Assembly: GCA_030141605.1 (NCBI GenBank)
Contig: JAQGDQ010000500.1
Coordinates: 98,300-162,299, forward strand
Direction: 5' to 3'
Source of the DNA: Tubiluchus corallicola
Lineage: Eukaryota > Animalia > Priapulida
DNA: 64,000 bases
Made by a program: the position numbers and the translations under genes. How positions within the stretch are numbered: position 1 is the stretch's first letter; the number at the start of each line of letters is the position of its first letter. Below are positions 39,521 through 52,386 of the stretch, one piece after another. The notes below the pieces were generated by a model. It had not been told where the DNA came from. It was given only the letters and a program-made list of their open reading frames with translations, and made no database searches.

Positions 39521-40094
39521 AATATATGCTTCCCTCAAGTACTTACAGTATGTTAGTGGAAAGAAACTGTCAGTCAGTTAATGCCTAGGCCTTGTCTGTC
39601 TTTACTGAAAGTTTGTTCTGGTGTACAGTAGCGACATACACTGTACATGTACATACTTCTATACACGCGCGCTATGCATAGAAGTATCTACATGTACAGA
39701 ATGCATACCACTAAGGTTCTGTACCATATTAGTTCGTAAATAGAATCAGAGGTTAATAGCTCAATGTCAGAACTCAGTGTACTTTTGGGAAGCATTTTAA
39801 GTTAACAAAATCCTGAATTGTGGTAACAAATTTCTGGTTAGAACTTTTTCAGTACAGCGTGGAGTCTCGTTTAACAAATTCTACAAAATATCAAGGAAAG
39901 GAAAGATGGGCCGGGAAGAGACTGCAGGCTGTCCATCCCACTCCACAACCTACCCAAACTAACCTTGTTCCCTCCTTATTTTACGAACTATTCATATTGA
40001 TTCAACCAGTAAAAAATGTATTTATATACAATAGAAGTTTCACGAAAAATGTAGACTTTCCCTTTAACATATACTTTGTTGGGATACCTGTTTT

Positions 40095-40925
40095 CCCTTT
40101 CACACAGGGGATGGGCGGACATGGCTTTCCAAAGCATGACTGAATTTCATATCACAGAGGGGATGGGAGGACATGGCTTTCTTCTAACTAAAATCATGAC
40201 TGAATTTCATTTCACAGAGGGGATGGGAGGACATGGCTTTCTAAAGCATGACTGAATTTCATTTCACAGAGGGGATGGGAGGACATGGCTTTTTAAAGCA
40301 TGACTGAATTTCATTTCACAGAGGGGATGGGAGGACATGGCTTTTTAAAGCATGACTGAATTTCATTTCACAGAGGGGATGGGAGGACATGGCTCTCTTC
40401 TAAAAGCATGACTGAATTTCATTTCACAGAGGGGATGGGAGGACATGGCTTTCTAAAGCATGACTGAATTTCATTTCACAGAGGGGATGGGAGGACATGG
40501 CTTTCTAAAGCATGACTGAATTTCATTTCACAGAGAGGATGGGAGGACATGGCTTTCTAAAGCATGACTGAATTTCATTTCACAGAGGGGATGGGAGGAC
40601 ATGGCTTTTTAAAGCATGACTGAATTTCATTTCACAGAGGGGATGGGAGGACATGGCTTTTTAAAGCATGACTGAATTTCATTTCACAGAGGGGATGGGT
40701 GGACATGGCTTTTTAAAGCATGACTGAATTTCATTTCACAGAGGGGATGGGAGGACATGGCTTTTTAAAGCATGACTGAATTTCATTTCACAGAGGGGAT
40801 GGGTGGACATGGCTTTTTAAAGCATGACTGAATTTCATTTCACAGAGGGGATGGGAGGACATGGCTCTCTTCTAAAAGCATGACTGAATTTCATTTCACA
40901 GAGGGGATGGGAGGATATGGCTTTG
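40095..40925. repeat. 52-bp minisatellite, ~15 copies
   Basis: Unit ttcacagaggggatgggaggacatggctttttaaagcatgactgaatttcat at 40211, 40263 and onward. Confidence 0.95.
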
Positions 40926-41344
40926 TTTCTAACGTATGAATAACTTTCATTTCACTTACATAGAACGTGGCTATCTCTCGTTTCCTGGGAGACGGCAAAA
41001 TTAGAAAAAACCCTGAAATGATTTTCAAGAAAGTAGCTGTCTCTCATTCCACAGTAAGAATTCTAGAGCACGACTGTCTTTTAGTTTTTGTTAAAGTACT
41101 ACCTCTTCCGGAAGCGGTTGCGGAGGTTAGACATGATTAAAATATTGGCGAATTTACTGTAAAAAAAACTTGTAATAAACTTTAGTTTGATAAGCGAAAG
41201 ATAACTCTATATTTGTACATGGGTTTGACAGAATTAGGCCTACCTAAAAGTAGAAACAGTGAATGGATAAAAATGGATTCCCCTTTTCGAAATCCTAGAA
41301 TAATTATGAAAATGTAAGACATTACCAGAAACGTGACAACGCAG

Positions 41345-42083
41345 TTGCCCGAATTTTGATTGGTGTGGTGGACAGGGCAACGTGATTGAGGGTCGGGGCT
41401 GGCACTACGTAATGGCAAACTGTCCTCTGGAGCAGGAGGAGGTGCCTGTCCCGGCCTTGCGTGTGACCAGGTAAGCGGATTTTTTTATAATTTAAACCTG
41501 ACAAAAAGGAAATCTTAATTTTACTTACACAGTTAGAACTGACTTTCAACCCTTAAATTTCAACTTTTTATTATTATGTAGAAAAGCACAAAACTGGTTA
41601 AGCTTTGTCTCTAAACGTGTTAGAGGCCTAATGCAGGGCTAATATGCAAAAACATGTTGTTAGACATCTTTAAGAAATGAAAAAAATTAGCGGAAGAAAC
41701 TTTAGTTTATTAATAATGACTGGCATTATAGACTAGCAAAGGCATTGCAACTTGTCAGTTTAACAGCTCCCAATGTTCAATAATGCACAAACGTCTTTTG
41801 CTTTTTATGCAGAAACAGTAAATGGACGTATTAACGTATTAACTGATACTTTACGTAGGTTTTATATGACTTAATAACATGCCAAATGTCAGCATAATAA
41901 TCGGCCCACGTGACGACGCAAATAGCCACCAAAGTACTTTTTCATGAGTTATACAGCATCTCCCCGATGACACCCCATCCCCGATTTTAGTGAGCAAATG
42001 CAAGAGGTCATATTAACGACTTTTTAGAGGTTACATGTTGGACGTCCTATGCCGGTTCGTCGGGTGCGGCCTACTAATTTCAG
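41345..42083 (+). pseudogene. Inverted partial paralog of the zinc-finger gene (finger-2 exon, intron, start of the next exon)
   Basis: Reverse-complement homology to ~55115-55865. 41346-41470 reads CPNFDWCGGQGNVIEGRGWHYVMANCPLEQEEVPVPALRVT then ag|gtaagc; 42049-42084 reads MPVRRVRPTNFR. Confidence 0.75.
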
Positions 42084-42139
42084 GTCCGATGACATCTATT
42101 ATCTACTCAAGTTAATGTTACAAGAAAGATTCCAAGTGT

Positions 42140-43445
42140 TGATCATCTGTATGCACAAATTTGTCACGCACCCTATTGCTGTAACTATGAACCAAATGAG
42201 ATTTAGAGAATGGAGGGACTTTTCCATGATCATCAATAGAACAACAAGTTCTTGGGGAAAACAATTAGAATCATCTGTGTGCACAACTTTGTCACGCACC
42301 CTATTGTTGTAACTATGAACCAAATGAGATTCAGAAACAGGAGCGGGAGGGGGGGGTTATTTTCCATGATTATCAATAGCTAATAGCCACTCGACAGAAC
42401 AACAAGTTCTTGGGAAAACAATTAGAATCATCTATGTGCACAACTTTGTCAAACACCCTATAGCAGTAACTATGAACCAAATGAGATTCAGAAACTGGAA
42501 TCATCTGCTTGCACAACTTTGTCAAGTACCCTATGGCAGTAACTATGAACCATATGAGATTCAAAAACTGGAATCATCTGCTTGCACAACTTTGTCAAAT
42601 ACCCTATAGCAGTAACTATGAACCAAATGAGATTCAGAAACTGGAATCATCTGCTTGCACAACTTTGTCAAACACCCTATAGCAGTAACTATGAACCAAA
42701 TGAGATTCAGAAACTGTAATCATCTGCTTGCGCAACTTTGTCAAATACCCTATGGCAGTAACTATGAACCAAATGAGATTCAAAAACTGGAATCATCTGC
42801 TTGCACAACTTTGTCAAACACCCTATAGCAGTAACTATGAACCAAATGAGATTCAAAAACTGGAATCATCTGCTTGCACAACTTTGTCAAATACCCTATA
42901 GCAGTAACTATGAACCAAATGAGATTCAGAAACTGGAATCATCTGCTTGCACAACTTTGTCAAACACCCTATAGCAGTAACTATGAACCAAATGAGATTC
43001 AGAAACTGTAATCATCTGCTTGCGCAACTTTGTCAAATACCCTATAGCAGTAACAATGAAACAAATGAGATTCAGAAACTGGAATCATCTGCTTGCACAA
43101 CTTTGTTAAATACCCTATAGCAGTAACTATGAACCAAATGAGATTGAGAAACTGGAATCATCTGTGTGCACAACTTTGTCAAACACCCTATAGCAGTAAC
43201 TATGAACCAAATGAGATTCAGAAGCTGGAATCATCTGCTTGCACAACTTTGTCAAATACCCTATAGCAGTAACTATGAACCAAATGAGATTCAAAAACTG
43301 GAATCATCTGCTTGCACAACTTTGTCAAATACCCTATAGCAGTAACTATGAACCAAATGAGATTCAGAAACTGGAATCATCTGCTTGCACAACTTTGTCA
43401 AATACCCTATAGCAGTAACTATGAACCAGATGAGATTTAGAGAAT
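42140..43445. repeat. 73-bp minisatellite, ~14 copies plus degenerate flanks
   Basis: Unit gaatcatctgcttgcacaactttgtcaaataccctatagcagtaactatgaaccaaatgagattcagaaactg at 42498, 42571 and onward. Confidence 0.95.
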
Positions 43446-45006
43446 GGGAGCAATTTTCCATAATCATCAATAGCCAAAATTTACAAGTAACTTGATAGAA
43501 CAACAGCACTTAAGACAAAAATTAGAATGATGTCTGCTGGACTGCTTCGCCATGGAACCTATTGCTGTAACTGATTGTTTAAAGACCGAAGGGAAATAAT
43601 AATCAAAAAGAAAACGTACTTTAGCATTCTTAAATGTGTTTACAAAAGGAAATGTTGTTTCTCGAATGAAAAGAAATCTGCAAAAATCAACATAAAAACA
43701 AAAACTGATAAAATAAGACAAATAATGGCGGCGGCAACAACAACGACGACCAAAATAATTACTGGCAGTCTTGTGGTTTCTTTACGAAGAATCTAGTTTT
43801 AGTGGAGATGATGATGATGACGATGATGATGATGATAGCGAAGGCGATCATGACAATACTGAAACAAAATAATACAATGCTTGTTTGTAAAATAGCGCAG
43901 TTCTACATAGAAACGTGAATGGTTCCAGTCGAGGAAGAAAAAACGTTTCTGCATTCAGTGATTACCTGATTCAACTGTGAGAAATCTACAAGAAATCTAC
44001 GGAAGTCTAGAACATGCAAATTCGTTTGTCAACCAAAAAATATTTAAATTTTACAATGTGCATTACAAAAGCTCATAGTGATGTGACATCTATTGATTTT
44101 AATCATTATTTTACCACGAATAGGTTAAACTGGTACTATAAATCAGACTATTAAATTAGTTGTAAAATTTCTTTAATCACAATAATAACGGATTGGGAAT
44201 CGTGAATGCTGGGTATACAAAACACATAATAAAAGCTTGTCCCTACAAAGTACGAGAATGGAAGAGAAAGATACATTATTGCTGGCACAGAGCCAAGATT
44301 ACAGCTGCAAGATCTTCACAGATATTCATAAATATTTGCTCAAAATTTCATGCAAAATAACTATAGAATTTTTGCTGCCAAATTATCGGTGGGGAGGGGT
44401 AATGTCGGTGGAGACTTTATACCACTTACATACTACCTTTTCGTATGCATCGTATGCACCGGACGTAACGCTGTATAAAACGTGTACATTTAAACTCCAG
44501 ATGACCGCTAGGCGAGGCCATTTTAATGGTAGGTCTTGTGAAAAAAGTTTTGATAGCATTAAATAAAGTTTGAAAAAATAATCAGAGCATTCGTACCATA
44601 CATGTTGCTAATTAAGTAAACTTTTAAATTACTGTATCTTGTCACTAAGATTAAAAATACGTTCTTGGCTAGTGAGTGGCGCACCCTGGAGGGTGTGTCA
44701 GTGACATTTTACCAATTGGCACAAACATTTTAAATTATTATTTCTAGTTACATAAGTCTTTCCAGCTGGTAAGTGAAATGCTAAGTAATATACATTTGCA
44801 CGTGTTTTTCAGATCATAATTTAACATTGCCTTTTCTTCCTCTGATTTACGTGGCGTCGGAACAGTTTTGCGGGAGATTTAAAATGAAAACAAACGAAAA
44901 TTCTGTTTGACGTGAATACGACATGTACATAAAATTGCTGTAAAGTAGTATAATTTTTCAAGGTGACTTTTCTGAAACCTACTTCACAAAATTCACACGT
45001 TAAGAA

Positions 45007-45721
45007 CTATACAAGGTGCTTGTTTACTGTTTATACCATGTTCAGAGCAGACTGTACCACTCTATACAAGGTGCTTGTTTACTGTTTATACCATGTTCAG
45101 AGCAGACTGTACCACTCTATACAAGGTGCTTGTTTACTGTTTATACCATGTTCAGAGCAGCCTGTACCACTCTATACAAGGTGCTTGTTTACTGTTTATA
45201 CCATGTTCAGAGCAGACTGTACCACTCTATACAAGGTGCTTGTTTACTGTATATACCATGTTCAGAGCAGACTGTACCACTCTATACAAGGTGCTTGTTT
45301 ACTGTTTACACCATGTTCAGAGCAGACTGTACCACTCTATACAAGGTGCTTGTTTACTGTTTATACCATGTTCAGAGCAGACTGTACCACTCTATACAAG
45401 ATGCTTGTTTACTGTTTATACCATGTTCAGAGCAGACTGTACCACTCTATACAAGGTGCTTGTTTACTGTATATACCATGTTCAGAGCAGACTGTACCAC
45501 TCTATACAAGGTGCTTGTTTACTGTTTATACCATGTTCAGAGCAGACTGTACCACTCTATACAAGGTGCTTGTTTACTGTTTATACCATGTTCAGAGCAG
45601 ACTGTACCACTCTATACAAGGTGCTTGTTTACTGTTTATACCATGTTCAGAGCAGACTGTACCACTCTATACAAGGTGTTTGTTTACTGTTTATACCATG
45701 TTCAGAGCAGACTGTACCACT
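45007..45721. repeat. 55-bp minisatellite, 13 near-perfect copies
   Basis: Unit ctatacaaggtgcttgtttactgtttataccatgttcagagcagactgtaccact. It is stop-free on the plus strand, which explains three overlapping spurious ORFs. Confidence 0.97.
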
Positions 45722-45964
45722 AAACAAGCTAAGCAGTTAGCTGGAGCAACAAATTTTATTGGGGCGCCAAATTTTAGAAGTGTTTAATATTTAAGTTTAG
45801 CATAAGTGATAACAATTATGAACAATTGTGCTTAATAAACCAAGAGGGCTAGAACATGCACCAATTATAAGCTACCATTACACTTTATAATATTGTCACT
45901 ACAAATTCAATTTTGGGGGTATGGTGGAAGCGGCAGCGGGAGAAGGGATTGAGCGTTGGAGGGG

Positions 45965-46378
45965 ACTAAAAATTCTTCGTGGAAAAGAGGGCGGCAAAAA
46001 TTCTTCGTGGAAAAGAGGGCGGCAAAAATTCTACGTGGAAAAGATGGTGCTAAAAATTCTACATGGAAAAGATGGCGCTAAAAACTCTACGTGGAAAAGA
46101 TGGTGCTAAAAACTCTACATGGAAAAGAGGGTGCCAAAAATTCTACGTGCAAAAGAGGGTGCCAAAAACTTTACATGCAAAAGAGGGTGCCAAAAACTTT
46201 ACATGCAAAAGAGGGTGCCAAAAATTCTACATGGAAAAGATGGCGCTAAAAACTCTACGTGGAAAAGATGGTGCTAAAAACTCTACGCGGAAAAGATGGC
46301 GCCATAAATTCTAGGTGGAAGAGAGGGCGTTAAAAAAAATTTGCCTAGAGCACCCCAAACTACCTAAAGCCGCCCCTG
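45965..46378. repeat. 28-bp minisatellite ending near a hAT-like terminus
   Basis: Unit aaaattctacgtggaaaagagggcgcca. The downstream agccgcccctg is the reverse complement of CAGGGGCGGCT, resembling a hAT TIR. Confidence 0.8.
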
Positions 46379-47039
46379 ACCATGTTACATTGTTATGCAG
46401 TCACAAAACCTCAACACTAGATATAAGTAGGACACACTGGAACACTATAGACTATCCTGTTAAGTATAATGGAAGCAGACAAGAGAGATACGTGGAGTAA
46501 ACAAAGCTCGACTACTTCTGGAAGTTGTCCATAATAAACCCAGTGTAAGTGATAGTCTTACAAATCAACAATTGTTAAGAAGCAAAGTGATCAAGTTTTT
46601 GAAGTAATTAGGCGTAATGGTAATATATAACTTGAGAGGGAAGTTTTTTGCGACTTGAGTTACTATAAAAAGTACTAACACTATAAATTATAATAAATTT
46701 ACTATATAGCGCCTTGCGTTATTGTAGTGCTGTAAATGCCAAATTAAGTCAGCGTAAGTTGACAGCGAGGCTGTAATCTCGGACCAACCAGTGGGTTTAA
46801 CCACCCCTAAAAGACCTCAAAAGCAAACCAGCGGAGGTGTAGGTAGACTCAAGATCACGTTATACAAAACTTTGCCATTGTTTCTTCTTCAGACGAAAAC
46901 ATACAAATGCTGCATGTTGTAAATTACGCTAACCACCAGGGACAAATAATGTGCAAACATCTCACCTAGTAGTTTAGAGAGTAAGCAGGCCGGGGACGAA
47001 TACGAAAGTGCCAGCACTGTTTAAAAATAGTAAAACTCA

Positions 47040-50000
47040 TTGAATAGTCAAAACAACTTTCCAACCCAGTAATTATTTATTTATTATTTGGATTACTTAT
47101 GTAACTGTCACTTCAACTGTGTCTTAGAACTCTAGAATTGTTAAGGAGCTAAGTCATCAAACTTAAACAGGTCATAGCAAGAGATGGGAGAGAAATTGTT
47201 GTTGGGTAGGTGGTGACATGGGGGTGGGCAGTTTAAGGTCAAAGTTTACAACAAGTAAGGACTATGAGCGGCTGGACAAACAAAGGTACTCCTCTTACTG
47301 TACCAAGTGAGGAAGTGACATTGGAGAAGTGGTCGGTGACCTTGCGTGGGTGGATTAAAGTCAAAGGAGATGAAAGTTTAAAAACTACTAGAGAAAGGAG
47401 GTTACAAAACTGCAAGGAGCTCTTTGACAAACATTGTGCAACTCATAACAAGAGGTAGATGAGTAACGAAGATGGGGTATTCAGCGACTTTGAGTGGGTG
47501 GTTCACAGGTAAAGGTGACAACAAAAGCACAACGGCAAAGAATTCGAAAAGGAAAGGTAGATAACTTACTGTACCAGGTGGAGAAGGAGATCGATGAAGT
47601 AATCAATGACTTTAGATTAGTGGTGGAAGAGGAAAGGATGCTACGATTCAGAAACAATTATAAGAGACAATTGCATTAAAATGGTAAGCTGGTGTTGTGT
47701 GCCTGAACTGATGCAACTTAACCTCAACTGAACTGTGACAACTCAGACTCTCTATAGGTGAGTTTAGTTTATGGTTTAAATTCAGTGACAACTCAACTCT
47801 CTATAGGTGACTTTAGTTTGTGGTTTAAATTCAGTGACAACTCAGCTCTCTATAGGTGACTTTAGTTTATGGTTTAAATTCAGTGACAACTCAAACTTTC
47901 TATAGGTGACTTTAGTTTATGGTTTAAATTCAGTGACAACTCAGCTCTCTATAGGTGACTTTAGTTTATGGTTTAAATTCAGTGACAACTCGACTCTCTA
48001 TAGGTGAGTTTAGTTTATGGTTTAAATTCGGTGACAACTCAACTCTCTATAGGTGACTTTAGTTTATGATTTAAATTCAGTGACAACTCAGCTCTCTATA
48101 GGTGACTTTAGTTTGTGGTTTAAATTCAGTGACAACTCAGCTCTCTATAGGTGACTTTAGTTTATGGTTTAAATTCAGTGACAACTCAACTCTCTATAGG
48201 TGACTTTAGTTTGTGGTTTAAATTCAGTGACAACTCAACTCTCTATAGGTGACTTTAGTTTGTGGTTTAAATTCAGTGACAACTCAACTCTCTATTAGGT
48301 GACTTTAGTTTATGGTTTAAATTCAGTGACAACTCAACTCTCTATTAGGTGACTTTAGTTTGTGGTTTAAATTCAGTGACAACTCAGCTCTCTATAGTTG
48401 ACTTTAGTTTATGGTTTAAATTCAGTGACAACTCAGCTCTCTATAGGTGACTTTAGTTTATGGTTTAAATTCAGTGACAACTCAAATTCTCTATAAAAGG
48501 ACAGTTAACAGAACTACGTTGAGTGACCAATAATGACGTAGCCAGTGATACAATATGATAAAATGTGCCTGCTTTTTTTTACAAAAAAACACATCACTTG
48601 CAACTTACCATTAAAATTATATCTGCTGCTAAAAGAATTTTTCCCAATCTAATATCACTTTATTGAGAAGTAAGTTTAATTGCTGTAATTTCAGTTAAAT
48701 TACTGCAGTAAAAACAAGTTCTACCTGAGGACTAAAGGCAAGATTACAAGATGGTTTTTAGCCCAAATTTTAATCATAACATCTTCAACACACAACGCAG
48801 CACGTGTTCAAGTTGCTACAGTTACTGCAGCAGCTGCCGGCAGCGCTGCAGTCGCTCTTGATAATTCAGAGCCTATTAATTAACGTAATCCTAATTAGTG
48901 CAGATCTAACTGCAAGATATACAAAGTTTTACAAAGTAAAAGCCGTGTCTCGCTGTTTCTTATTTATGTCGTAAATTTTGGAAGACTTTGTAAGACTTTG
49001 AATAAATTAATCTATTCCTTAATTAATAAATTAATTAACGGCACTATCGTGGCAAGGAGAGTAGGACCTTTTAAATGATTTGCATATTCTATAAACATAA
49101 AAAACCACTTGATAAAAACAAGTTTTATAGTTTTAATTGATGAGACTCTACGCTCCTTACCTACCGCCCTGTTACTAACTAAAACTAAAACTAACTATCA
49201 CTAATTATCACTAATTATCACTAACTATCTCTAACTATTGCTAAAACTGTTGCAGCTTGAACATGTGACATCAAATTTTCCGATGTTGTTTGTGAACATT
49301 TTTCTAACATTTTTGAAATTAAAAAAAACATGGAAGTCTTAAAATTGCTCAAGTAAGCGGATTTTCAACAAATTTTGCTTTCAGAACTGGATAATAGAAA
49401 ATGTCTGCACTACAGTAGCTTAATGATTACGTTTTCAACTCAAACTGTCTTACATAAATTAGTGCAGCAGATATAATAAGTAAACCTTAGCTAGCATAGG
49501 TCAACTGATTAATTGCAAGTGAAACAAGTGTGTGTGGTGGGGGGGGGGGAGGGGGCATTTATTGTAAATGAAAAATCTAAGAAATTAAAAAAACATTTTA
49601 CTTCGTTTAGTGTCGATGTAAAAAGTTGAAAATGGCACACATTTGTAAGGTCTCCTGTTTTACAGTTTGGAAATGGTACACAGTTGTACTGTAAGCACAC
49701 AATCAGTTTGCCAGCATCAAGGGTTCTAGATTGAGAGCCAAAATGAATAATATTAGCCTTGCGCTGGTTGCCTTGCACTTTAGCAGTAATTCAGCACAAC
49801 TGCTTTTTACAGATGTTTTGAGTTGCCACAGTTTATGATAATTAGTCACCCTCCCTTTACGTTGCAAGCCTTTGTTCGCCTAACTACTGGTGGTTTTAGA
49901 AGTTGTTGCAGCCCATGACCTCGTACTGCTCACAGTTTTACAATTGTTCGGCTTCTAACCTTGCACTTCCACCAACAAAGTCATTCGCTAACCTCATTAC

Positions 50001-50690
50001 GTAACATAAGTTGCATCAGTTTGAACACTCAGCTCCTTGAGCTTTTAAAGCTGTTTCTTATAATACTTTTTAAATCTTAACGTTCTTTATCTAGAACAAC
50101 CAATAAAAACTCACTGATTACATAACCAAACTCGTTCTCTACCCGGTATAGCAAGTTCTCCAGCTTTGCTTGCCAAATTCATTGCAATTGTGCAATTATT
50201 GCAACGTTTAACTGTGAACTATCAACTTAAACTCACCAAATAACTCATCTTAGTTACTCGCCCACTTCGTATTATGAGTCGCATAAGGTTGGTCAACAAG
50301 CTCTTGTAGTTTTATGACTTCCCTTCTGTAGTAGTTAATGAACTTCCACTTCCGTTGACCTCAATCCACCCACCCAAGGTCACCGACCATTTCTCCAATG
50401 TCACTTCCTCACTTGGGACAGTAAGAGGAGTACCTTTGCTTGTCCAGCCGCTCATAGTCCTTACTTATTGTAAACTTTGACCTTAAACTGCCCCCCGCCC
50501 ATATCAACACCTACCCAAAAACAATTTTTCTCCCATCTCTTGCTATGACCTGCTCAGGTTTGATGACTTAGCTCCTTAACAATTCTAGAGTTCCAAGACA
50601 CAGTTGAAGTGACAGTTACATAAGTGATCAAAACAGTAAATAAACAATCACAGGGTTGGAAGACATTATTTTGACATTCTGAATGAAAAA
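47040..50690. repeat. Long inverted repeat, arms ~47040-47720 and ~50000-50690
   Basis: For example, cttatgtaactgtcacttcaactgtgtctt...ggactatgagcggctggacaa is the reverse complement of ttgtccagccgctcatagtcc...aagacacagttgaagtgacagttacataag. Confidence 0.9.
47735..48495. repeat. 49-bp minisatellite, ~15 copies
   Basis: Unit gtgacaactcagctctctataggtgactttagtttatggtttaaattca at 47785, 47834 and onward. Confidence 0.95.
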
Positions 50691-52386
50691 GTTTTACTAA
50701 TTTTTAGAGCGAGAATAGTCATTTTTTAGGGATACACTTGACAGAGAATGTTTTCCAGGAAGAAAGTCATGTATTCTTGTAAATATATGGACAACAGGTT
50801 ACGCAAAAAGATAATTCCAGTTCTGAACCGCAGGTTGCACACAAACTAACCTTATAGAACCTTATAAACCATTTCTGAACCTTATAGATTTCTCACAATT
50901 GAAAAACATAGAAACCGTGAATAACTCCAATTCTGAACCGCAGGTTGCACGCAAACTATTTCTGAACCTTATAGATTTCTCACAACTATGAAGTGACAGA
51001 TGTCTGTCATGTCAAGAACTGTCGACTACTGCATGAAAGCGAGCAGTAATAGTGCTCAATGTGCATGCGCTGGTCGAAAAGAACCAATCAAACAATTTAA
51101 ATTGAATGTGCAAAATCCTGCATAACAATCTTCAAACAAACGATATTTAAGACGCCATCCAGGGGGCGCCAAAAAACCTGCAAGTGTTTCTTATTGGCTA
51201 GAAAAAGTCCTTAAGCAAAATTTGGTTTAAATCATTTAATGAAATGACAGCAGAAAAACACAACAGAAACAATGATGCCCCCTCGATTACGTGCAAACCA
51301 ACTTTGCTTGTATAAACATAAAAATATGAAAACAGAAGAGTGACTCATCATCCTCCTGCTATATTATCACCCCGAGAGAAAAATAACTAAAGATTATGAC
51401 AAGCAGTCTGTATGATACCAAGAAATGCAAAGTCGTGCAAAATGCGAAATGAATTTTATAAATTTGATTCCCTGACGACTAATTAGCACAACTAAAGTCA
51501 TACATTGAAAAACAAGTTTTAGCGACCAACTACCAGGTGTCTCCACTTCATTACTTGACTCGTCTTGACAAACAACAAACTTATTTAGACCCATTGACAC
51601 ATTACAGAATCATCAAACTGAAGCTGAATAGAAATGATGATGCAGAATAGGATCAGGGATGCTGAATGTTAGAGCATCAATTTAAGAATATTACAATGTA
51701 TAAGAAACAAGTGTTTCATATAAAGCATACTATGAGGATAATTGTAATGGCTTTTTCTATGACACAACACACAATAAAATATAACAGTAATGTAAAAAAC
51801 CTTGTTGTTGCATTAGGCATCTAAATGTCTCCATTTGTTGTAGAAAACATTGCTTTCGACATCTGATCTTGTGTTAAGCAAGACAATCCAGTGTTGCCAC
51901 TCCTTGCATTCCATATACTGCACAGAATTTCATGATTCCACTCACTATGCTGCACATCTGATGTTCTCAGTAATTGTAGTGAATGTTGCATCTCACTGTG
52001 CTGCACATCTGATGTTCTCAGTAATTGTAGTGAATGTTGCATGAAACATATGATGATGCTGCACCATTAAAATAAACCATTGCACGTTTTCCTATATAAA
52101 AATGAAAAAAGGTCAAAATACTACAATTGTTTGCAGAAAAAAACATGGATACTGCGGCATGCTGACATAGTGAGATGAAAATTACTGTTACACGTTTGGG
52201 TTAATGGGTAACCAAAAAGTTTCTTGTGTGAAACTACTCTTAACTAGTCAGAGAAGGAGGAAGAGGGTGACTTGTCCTCCCCGCCCCCGTTGGGAATCAC
52301 CACTAGAGCACCTATGACATTTCATTGTCTTACTGTAGGAGATTACAATAAGTAATTGTAGAGAAAAAAGACATACCAAAAACATC

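Noticed and set aside
44963-45787. Three overlapping 220-270-aa Cys/Tyr-rich ORFs
   Set aside because: They result from a stop-free 55-bp tandem unit read in rotating frames.
47239-47679. ORFs in the inverted-repeat arm as a gene
   Set aside because: Differences between the arms do not clearly favour one frame, the partner arm has earlier stops, and no domain is recognisable.
33494-48495. Regular repeat arrays as CRISPR arrays
   Set aside because: Units are head-to-tail with no unique spacers, there are no cas genes, and the context is eukaryotic.
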